A DNA stretch of 58,733 nt, filler included, from Sphacelaria rigidula (lineage: Eukaryota): assembly GCA_964200075.2 (NCBI GenBank). It is 9 parts of 9 records of this genome, joined end to end, with 100 filler letters (N's around TTAATTAATTAA, not from the genome) between each part and the next. Parts side by side here need not be neighbours in the genome. Positions count along the whole stretch, not along the records: positions 45,760 to 52,196 come from CAXNAA020020071.1; positions 52,297 to 58,733 come from CAXNAA020020072.1; 7 more parts are not named here. The stretch is one strand, 5' to 3'. How positions within the stretch are numbered: position 1 is the stretch's first letter; each line of letters begins with the position of its first letter. Shown here one piece after another: positions 49,540-58,733 of this stretch. The notes under the pieces are model-generated. The model ran no database searches. It was not told the origin of the DNA and worked only from the letters and a program-made list of their open reading frames with translations. The translations under genes were made by a program, and so were the position numbers.

Positions 49540-49848
49540 TTCATTCCTTATTTTTTATATGTCGCACTTTGAACCCGTCCCCTTCCTCGGGATGAGTCCG
49601 TCATCTCAAGGAATCAACCCGTCTCGCCCCGGTACACGCCTTGCATTTTGGTACGCGGATTGGGTCAGCACTCCCGTACCGCGTCAACTCACGTCATATA
49701 AACTCAGTCGACTATTTTGTTTACTCAAGTTCTCACGCTTTCCACGGTGGAAATCAGATATTTCGAAGAAAAAACCCAATGCATCGGGGATCGAACCCTC
49801 GTTCTCTCCAACCTAATGGCGACAGTCGGACCATTACACCACCGGGGC
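49540..49848 (-). mobile_element. tRNA-derived SINE (intronic)
   Basis: Minus strand GCCCCGGTGGTGTAATGG A box, GGTTCGATCCCC B box (49797-49786), long non-tRNA body, A-rich end. Confidence 0.7.
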
Positions 49849-50257
49849 GCGGAGACAAAGACATTTTTTTTCAGAGCGAGCTTGGGTCCAAAGACGGTAC
49901 AGTGCCGTTTATCAAATTCCCGCGGTAGCAAAGAAGGACACCAAAAGACAGAGGCTTGAATGGTTGATGATAGAAAAAAAAAGAAAAGAGCGCGTGCAAG
50001 TAAAGACAGGGAAGACGGCGAAAAATCATTTTCAAATAAATTGATTGCGCATGACCAATAAACACTATGAGAAAAACGGAAGGAGAGGGACAGGAAAACA
50101 AAGGAAAGTGAAATAAACGAAAAGCGGAAATACATGCACAGTAAAAACAAAACATCGATGCCGCGGAACAATTCCTAGTTTCACGTAAATATACCCACTA
50201 CACACGATCAGATCTCAACGCCATGCCCAACACCAACACATGACAATACGCACAAAC

Positions 50258-51790
50258 CTTAAACAACATGGAAGTTGGAGGATAATCCTTCCGCGGCTGA
50301 AACTTCTGGACGTCTGAAATTTCCGACCGTCGGTCCGACTTAGGTCGTACCCCGAGCCCAGTTGCACTCGTCCCCGCTGACGAGCCCTTACTACTACCGC
50401 CAGCAGGGGTCGCCGTCACCGCCCTCACTCCAGCTAAAACAGAAGCTGAAGACGCCGGTGGGCCAAGCGCAACCTCTGGCACGCCACACAATCCAGATCC
50501 ACCGGAAAATGCACGACTGCTCCCTGTTCCTCCTCCGCTGCTGCTTTCTCTGACCAAAGGGGGCATTCCCTGCGGCGTAGTTCCTGGTGGGGTGATGACC
50601 CTTTGCAGAGCGTCGTATTGCGCCGGAGTGCCCAAGGGCGACGGTGTCCGTCCCCCGAGGCCGCCGGTCGTAGCCCCCGCCGCCGCCGATGCCGGTCCCG
50701 CCGGGCTGGGATGGCTCGGGGAACACGGAGAGTTGGTATTCGTAGCGCTTAGTGGCCTGTCATCGCTGTCTGTCCTCAGTCGCTTCTCGAACGACGCGGT
50801 CGGACCGCGACCGAGAACCGCTTTTTGGAACGACGAACCCCCTGCGAGCGCGGCCTGGATAGCGTCGACTGTAGCCATTCCGCCTGCAAGGGTGGCGGCG
50901 GCCGTACTGTCGCCCCGTGGGACCATCACTCTCCCGTCCAGCAAACTCATGCCCGCAACACTCCCGTCATTGGCGGCCGCGACTGGAAGGTTGAGGGGCA
51001 TATTATGAGCAGGCCCCGCCTGCCCCGACAGCAGGGGGGACGACGCCCGCCGCCGCAGCGGCCCCGGCGGCGATGGCGGCGCTAGCGGCAACTGCGGCGC
51101 AACAATCGACGGCCCACCCGCTGGCGACATCAGCGCGCCCGCCCCCTGCGTCACCGTCAACGAAAGTGTGTCCCTAGCATTACGCTGAGGACCGCTAGGG
51201 CGAGGAGCAGGAGACGGACTGCGCGACAGACTACCCGCACATGTAGTGTACCTCCGTCCGGCGGGCGACGGTGAACGGTCTCGCAGCTCGGGGAATAGAG
51301 CGGATCTCCCCGAACGTCCCCTGCTTGAGCCGACCCTGGTGCTTCCGCCACCGACTGTCACCACCGGCCCTGCCTCTTCCCCATCGGCGGCTAGAGTGCC
51401 CAACAGCGCCGTCGATCCACCGTGGAGCTTCCCGCCGCGGTGGGACAGCGGCGGGGGTGAGAGCACAGGTGCCGCCGCGTCGACCTTGGCGCGACGCGCG
51501 TTGCCGCGACCACGTTGAGTACCTGCTAGTCCACCCCCGCCCGCATTGCTTCCACCGGCGCCGGCACTAGCGCCGGCGGCATCGGCGGTTCTCTCGTCTC
51601 CGTTGCTTTCGCCCAAGCTGTCGCTAGTCCTCGCCTCTTCTCCAGACGAGTCAGCATCATCGCCGCCACGAGCTAGAAATGGCGTTGAGGCCCCGCGGGG
51701 TTCAAGGCGCACTTGCGGCGAGCCCACCGGTGGCGGTGGGGCCATAGGATGACATTCCCAATTTCCGGAAGTCTCGTTCATAGCGGCCCT
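50258..51790 (-). CDS. Large low-complexity protein, exon a (511 codons)
   Basis: ttcag| acceptor and |gtttgt donor within the 553-aa ORF; G/S/A/P-rich, ends KFQPRKDYPPTSMLFK. Confidence 0.8.
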
Positions 51791-52296
51791 CTGAAAGCGA
51801 AAATGAGTTGACAGGGCAGGGGTTGCCGGTGGCATGCGAGTCACATGGGAGATGGGCAAGGGCGGGCTGACAAGATGCCGCTATTTCTGCTGTGCGGGCT
51901 GCTTGTTTGCGTGTTAAACGGCTCACCCAGCCGGCTTCCTCTTCTGCGGTACGGAAAAAATTGGTAGTTTTTCACTGATAGCAATAAGTAGCCCGATTTA
52001 CATCTCATGCTTGGATACTTCACGAACAAGCACAGCGCGTTGCATCATTATCAAATGACCGTGGTGAGGGTATCCATCGTATATTGTATCGGGGGAGAGG
52101 GGGGGGGGGGGGGGGGGGGTAAGGGGGATGTTGGAGGGGGCAAAGAAGGGGCCCTGAACCTCGCCCCCCCACCACGCCGGGGGGGGAGACGCCGGGNNNN
52201 NNNNNNNNNNNNNNNNNNNNNNNNNNNNNNNNNNNNNNNNTTAATTAATTAANNNNNNNNNNNNNNNNNNNNNNNNNNNNNNNNNNNNNNNNNNNN

Positions 52297-52571
52297 GGAA
52301 ATGCACGACGTGAACGAAGGTGGCATGAAATCGTTTGATGCATTAGACAGTGGGGAGAAAACGATGGCTGTACTAGGAGATAGATGGTGGCCAGAGACGG
52401 CGCAACAGGACAGGGATAAGATATGTAAAAGGATTTGTGTAATATATGGAAGAAACGTTATGAACGCAGGAATGTTGAAGGTGCCTCTGTTAGGAGCAGA
52501 AACGGTGCTCCGTCTCGAAATGGATGCGCGGTCAACGGTCAAACGACTGAGGCAAGCAACAAATGAGTACG
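52297..52571 (+). mobile_element. C-tailed LINE (family A), longest fragment, showing the ORF C-terminus
   Basis: With one frameshift reads EMHDVNEGGMKSFDALDSGEKTMAVLGDRWWPETAQQDRDKICKR/LCNIWKKRYERRNVEGASVRSRNGAPSRNGCAVNGQTTEASNK* (TGA 52564-52566), then only GTACG before the C-rich target. Resembles the C-terminus of abundant brown-algal LINE ORFs, from recall. Confidence 0.8.
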
Positions 52572-52580
52572 CCTCCCGCC

Positions 52581-54779
52581 TAAAAAACGGAATCGCTGTT
52601 CGCAACGTTGAGGGGGGTAAACGGGACCAAGTGACATTGCGGGTGGTGATGATATATACACCCTTCTTCTGCAGCCTCATGGAGTCACGAAGGTAGTTGT
52701 AACCAGGTCCTAAGCAAAACACTCCTGTGCTTTGGGCATACACTTCGAAGTCTTCTTGCACTTGACGTACCCTGGCTTGAAGAAATGTAGAAGCTTAACC
52801 TGGGGTACTTCACCATAGTAGAGGCCATCTTGGGACTTTCTACCAGGGTTAGCCGTGGTAGCAGAACGATTCAATGCGTCTGCTGCCCAACGGTACGATT
52901 CAGTCCACACCCTGGCCGGAACATTAACATCGTACAGTATCTGCGCCTGAATTAGTGCAGCCATAGCGGCCTGCTCAACCATTACTATCGCACTCTCGGC
53001 CACACCGTTATACTCAGGACTGTCTGGTGGGGTATACTCCTGTCTAATACCTCGTGTCCTACCCAGGTCGCTGAAAGACCCAGCAAAATCTACACCACCG
53101 TCCCACCTCACAGTTTCCACCACCGAGGGAATGCACTTTGCTCCTACATCTACGAGGTACTCCTCGGATGCTCTCCTAGTGTCAGACGTGTGTTTACCAA
53201 AATACATCCAGATTTTCCGCGAAAAATCGTCCAGAACCAGAAACGAGTGCTTCATACCACCCATACTCTCAACTACCTTTGGCCTGAGCGCATCCATGAA
53301 CACTCGTTCAAACAGCTTTTCTGCTCTAGAGTTGGTTGAAGTCGGAATGGGCTTTCGCGGCCCCGTGGCCATGGAGCACCCTTTGCACTCCTTCAACTTT
53401 CCCACCAAAGTCACGCCCCGCTGTTTTGTGGTTCCTGCAGCAAGCCCTTATGCAGGTCGTCATGAGACTGATTACATAGATTAATGTTCACCTGATCGAG
53501 GTTGATTTGCATCGTTCCATGGGCGAGAACAGCATTGGCAGACTCATCGTGGCCAACTTTGCGATCCGTCGAAGTGGTTGATGGTGAAAATCGACTGGAG
53601 AACATGATGTCATTCCCTCCTTCCTTTTTGAAAAACACTCCCCTTTTATCAGGCAAAGTGATCACAGTTCCTCTCTTCGTCACACTCACCGGCAAATCAT
53701 GTTCAACGGCCACACTCTTTAGGGAAAACAAATTTACGTCCAACTCCGGGAGATGCGCTACGCTGTTGATACTAAAAGTCAGTTCATGATCGTCACCAGC
53801 CATTGATACCAAGAGTTTGCCAAAACCTGGTGTCGGTACCTTATGGCTGTTTGCTACAGTGATCGACACACCCGTGGAAGGCTTGTAATCACATATTCTC
53901 TCCTTCGATGGAGTCATGTGGCATGGCGCTCCGCTATCCGCTACCCAAAACTCCTCACTCCCTTCATCTAGAAGTGGGCGGTCATCTTGTACACCGTCTG
54001 CTGCGAACGCGTGGCCACCAGTCTGAGTCTCCGTTGCAACGTGTCCAAAATCTGCGGGATCCTTAAAATTGTCCGATTTACACACAACGACCATCTTGTG
54101 AAACCCCTTCGGAGCATCCTTTGCCTCCACATTCTTCACAAATACGTTCAGGGCATTCCGATTTGAAATGACCGGTCTTCCCACACTCGAAACACGTGAG
54201 GATCTTTCTTTCATTTTCCTGTGTGCTTATTTGACTACTGCCGCCAGTATTACCAGTCGTACCGCCGTTACCCTGAACCTTGCTAATACTATGTGTTGTC
54301 GCTGACGTTCGCAACCTATTTCCACCCCTTCTACTCTTACCCTTGGGGGTGGAGCTTCCTGTTGCCCGTGTAGAGGGCATGGTTGTGATCTGCACTACGT
54401 GAACCACCTGTTTTCTTGGGCAACATATATTTATCTTTCACGACGGCTCGTGTCTTATCCGTCTGGATAGTCGGCTCAAACCGTAATCGATGTCGTACAG
54501 TGGTGTATTCAGAGGGAAGTGAATTAAGAAACTTGTCCACGACGACGTTTTGAGCAATCTCCAATCCCAGCGACCTAGCATGCGACTGCAACAACTGTAA
54601 TCGGATCCAGAACGGATCAGTGTCTTGACCCTTGCTGTAGTTTGGGTTGTTGAATCCGGCCAAAACGTCCATCTTTGAGCCTGATGTTTTCGGAGAAGAC
54701 TGTCCACCCAAAGCACGCCATGCTATAGAAGGTGATCGCGACTCGAAACAGAAGTGTCAGCCGACCCTATCCTTAACAG
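52581..54779 (-). mobile_element. Decayed Ty1/copia element: gag, zinc knuckles, protease, integrase
   Basis: KFLNSLPSEY gag, CFECGKTGHFKSEC, WVADSGAPCHM, CKGC..VFMD..VLDDFSR..VRWDGG..YTPPDSPEYNGVAE. Frameshifted. Confidence 0.92.
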
Positions 54780-55074
54780 TGTTGAGCAACAAAGTATACA
54801 CGAATCGTGTTCGTTTATTATTGTTATCCGAACGCACACACCCCCAAGTAGCTGCTGCTCGTTCAAAGGATCAACACAAAACGCAGGGCCTCTAAGCAAT
54901 CCCTAGCTGAATCCGAACATAGAAGCATATCGCTCAACTTCTCGCTTAAAACATACCTACGCATGATCCTTATTGCTGTCGAAGGGACGCATTTGTCGAG
55001 CCTTTAATGTTTGAGAATCGACACTCAGTAGTATCGACGAACCTAGGGTGTCACGTTTTCTTTACACATCAACA
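54780..55074 (-). repeat. Candidate LTR (TGTTGA...TCAACA, 295 bp) abutting truncated gag
   Basis: 6-bp inverted termini, with PPT-like CTTGAGTGCAGG immediately upstream on minus. No partner LTR confirmed. Confidence 0.45.
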
Positions 55075-58000
55075 CCTGCACTCAAGTCCACTGCATCGCA
55101 AGACCGGACATCCTCCCCAACGCCGTGCTACTGACTCGAGTACCTGCAACTGCCCCAGATCGGGCACCGGTCAAGCTGCTGAGCGGTGCTCCCCTTGCTC
55201 CGAACTCCATCGGAACAGCATCTTGCCGTGGCGGACCTGCTTTCCCCACCGTTGGGGACGTCTCTCTGGCCCTACTAGCTTACCATTCCTTGAAACTATG
55301 GTAATTTTCCGGCTTGACTAAGATCTCTTGTGCGGAAACGCCCCGCTCCGCTACTACATTTCTACTCCCGTGCTGCTTGCTTTCTGTGCCGCGCATGGCA
55401 AAAGCCTATCTGCTAGCAGAAGTCTATGCTAAGTCCTAGACGCTAGCGTGTCAATATACTTCGAGCACACGCTGATTCAAGCAGCACCGACTGCTTAATC
55501 AGTGAGTAGAAGGCAGCTCGTGCAACGCCAGTTGTTGAATCGGAAGCAATAAAACAGAGGTATGTAGATATCTTGATTCTCAGGTTGAATACTACGGGCA
55601 TAAGAGAAGAAAAAAAACATACTGATCCCAGAGGGGTGAGAGGTGCGGACGTGCACCTCTAACAGCTCTTCCGTAAGCTATGACAGATGTCCCTTACTTA
55701 TTCTAATCGAGAACGTACAGCACACCTTGGGACAACTGTACGTTTGTTCCTTGTCACTTTGAGAAGGGAAATGAGAAAAACACCGTTCTGCAGATCAGTC
55801 CATACCGTCGGGTAATCCGCCGCACTCTCTACCAATAATCTCGGAACATTATGCTGGATCTCACGATCTTGCATCTCACACTGTTCCTCATAAATCAAAT
55901 TGCCACATGATCAAGAGGTTGGGGCTTCGAGGTCGTCCATACTGAATTCCTCCATGATGACCGTTTTTCTCTGCTCCACATCTGAAATAACCAAGTGACT
56001 ACCCTGCGAGGGGGTATATCCACGGTAAGCCAGGCCATGTCTTTTAGGTTTTCACCTTCAATACATTCATCCTTCGACAGCCAGTATGTGTTATCTGTTG
56101 AGGCGGCATCAATTTCACCTGAGTGATTAATGCGTTTCAGATCACCTACCGTCGCCGGCATGGGGTTATAGTACCAGTAGAGTCTACCACTGGGAGGATG
56201 CAGTTGGCTCACTTGGTTCTGGTGTAGACACCGAAATCCGGACCTTTCACGGGGACTGTGCTCCTAACGTGCGCAGAACGCGTTTTTGTCCAGGGAACAC
56301 GCTGTCTAAGGAACACATTGGGCCCCCCATACCCGAGGGCCCTCGGTACCCCTTTGTTCGGGTGACACTTGATGGGATAGCCCCCCCCAAAACCAGCCCA
56401 AAACTGTCGCCAAGAAGACGGTCGTACAGCGCATGATGTTTGGTTCCAGGCTGCATGAAGCGCCTCATATGAACGGGCGTGGTATCCATCATTTCGGTAT
56501 TATAGAGCGTGTGAATGGTAGTGCTTCTGGATGATGCAAGAGTATTTTTGGGACACGTGAGAAGCGAAAAAATGAGGGAGTACATATGATTCCTTACCCC
56601 GAGATGTAGTACACGTGCCCACCCCCCACATATATAACCAGACGGATGGCAACTACCGCTTTAGCCTATGACACATGAACATCGATATATCCAAACATAT
56701 ATGAACATCAATATAACGTGTAAACGATGAAATGTTTATCCTCGATCCCTCGCTTCTCTCCATCCGGAGGTCAAACTGCTTCAACCCCTCTTCAAACACG
56801 CAGGGGTTATCCTGGTACATAGGAATAGCGATGCCCTTGAACACGCATGATGCATCGTTCGAACGTACTCATGAAACGCTACGGCTTTGAGACCCTGCCC
56901 CTCCCCCCTCCCCTCCCTTCCTCCGCGAGGGAAAAAATCAGCGCATCCCCTCCCCAAGAAATATCTGAAGAAAGGGGGTGTTATCCAACCCATGAGCCAT
57001 TTGCGGCCGGAAAACAACTTATCTGAAGACGTGGCCGGTACCAATTGAAGGCCCAAAACCTACCATGAGTAGCGGCACCTTCTGGTTTTCTCCATGGAAC
57101 AGTAGACACCCCGGGGAATATGTTATTCCATCCTCTTCCAAGTACCGTCAGGGCCTGTTGAATACGAATGGCGATGCCCCTGAACACGCAATTAGTCGCT
57201 AGAACGTGTACCCCTTACTTACCTATTTGGTATCATCCTTCCTTCCCTCCACGGCCATGGCAAGAGTACATCTCCCCACGAACAACACCCTGACTCGGAG
57301 GTGAGCTATCCAACGTGTTACGTATTTGTGGGCGGACAAGATTAGAAAACTCCTGAACGCATGGTAGGTACCATGAAAACATCGACACCCCCACACAATA
57401 AACCCCCAGGGTAGTCAAGCGGATCACCGCTCATTAGCGACAAGACACATCGGTGGATACCACCCGCGAGTACAGCTACCTTCCCCTCCGTAAAACGATC
57501 ATGGGCCCAACCTCCACATGAGACTTCGCCAAGGCATCGGAGATTCCTTCATGTAGCCGTGGATGTCATGGACAAAAGGTTCGACTCTTGCTGACGTCTT
57601 GAATTTACTGAAACAGTAGAAACATAAGAAGGGCAACGTTAGCCCACAAGTTGGTCCGAATTGAATTGAATGGGTCAGGACCCGTAGGTCGTCAGCATAG
57701 GGGCCGCAAGACTTGGGCCTGGAGAAGCGTGCAAGCGCCCTGGGTTCATCGCTTGTGTGGAACCCCTTGGGTGCATGAGAGGCTCTCCCCAGACTACGAC
57801 GGTCCGGTGGAATTTCCTGTGTTCGTTAAGCACACTGACATTGAGTCCTGCCGTGCATGCGTTCAGATTCTACCCCCTGAGCTGTGGTGTCTTCTGTACA
57901 CTCAACGGTTGATTTTCGGTGTTGGACAGGAATAATACAGAATCAGTGTCTTTTGTAAGGCCTTAGTATTGACGACTTTTGGCCGATAATGATTGGTATC

Positions 58001-58733
58001 TATATTCTTTGTGAGGTGTTCTCGAGGACGATGTTGGCGGACTAGTGATGGGTATTTTCTGACCAGTTTTATCGTGATATATAAAAAGCCCGCACGGCAA
58101 AGTCCCGCATGTGATCCCCAGCCTACACACAAGGGCTTATCCTCTTTCTAGAGGCGCATATTTCCTTTAAAATTTTAACGTCCAGGATAGATGAAATGAC
58201 AACACAGACTCTGAGCTTTCGAAAAGTTTTCCTCTTAAACTCTTTCACTATAAATCCGACGCGGGTTTTTTTTCCCCGAAAGGCTTTATTTTCGTCAAAT
58301 CATACATTCAGCGCCAAACACTCCATATTATCCTTGGCCCTGGACCCGCTCGATTTGGGCGGTGACGCGAAGCGCCAAAAACCTCATAAGATTTTTTTAC
58401 ACTGAAAGTTCCGTCAGAGCTGCACCAAAATCTCTCGATCGCTGAAAGCACTTCATTCTACGCACGCTCGTCTCGAGCTCTGATAGGCCTCCTTTTCCGT
58501 TTTGCTTCTATTTAGTTTGCAATTCGGAAAATGGTCGAAGTCACAGCAGAAGCCGCGGAGCGCCGAGTTTCGCACCAACGAGTTCCCACATATACGACGA
58601 CTTCTGTGCCATTGAGCTACCGAGATGGTTCTCAATATGCGTCATCACGTAATTTCGGCTTATAGCCTCTGCCAGACGATCTGGACAAGAGGGCTATTCA
58701 GTGAGGGACTTCTCCAGAATCCACTGGCCTCAC

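Overview
Eukaryotic nuclear DNA, most likely a brown alga (Phaeophyceae). This is inferred from long introns with short exons, a flagellar gene plus an amino-acid biosynthesis gene, and recalled repeat families. The window is NOT one locus. It is nine unrelated scaffolds of exactly 6437 bp joined by eight identical 100-bp spacers (N44-TTAATTAATTAA-N44): 1-6437, 6538-12974, 13075-19511, 19612-26048, 26149-32585, 32686-39122, 39223-45659, 45760-52196, 52297-58733. Supported host gene fragments: a CFAP45-like flagellar coiled-coil gene (4 exons, minus), the last 3 exons of a biosynthetic threonine dehydratase (plus), a large low-complexity protein with a possible TPR-type segment (6 exons, minus), and an unidentified Q/K/E-rich gene (3 exons, plus). 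The rest is transposon-rich: two decayed Ty1/copia elements, RTE-like LINE 3' ends with (AATC)n tails, tRNA-derived SINEs, and hAT-, Sola-like and Tc1/mariner (Stowaway-like) MITEs. The most unusual signal is a high-copy non-LTR retroelement pair. One is a LINE whose ORF stops about 5 nt before its 3' end. The other is a ~560-bp non-coding partner that shares that 3' end. Neither has a poly(A) tail: both end in (T)GAGTAC(G) followed by a C-run, and their target-site duplications begin in C-rich sequence, which suggests priming at G-rich DNA.
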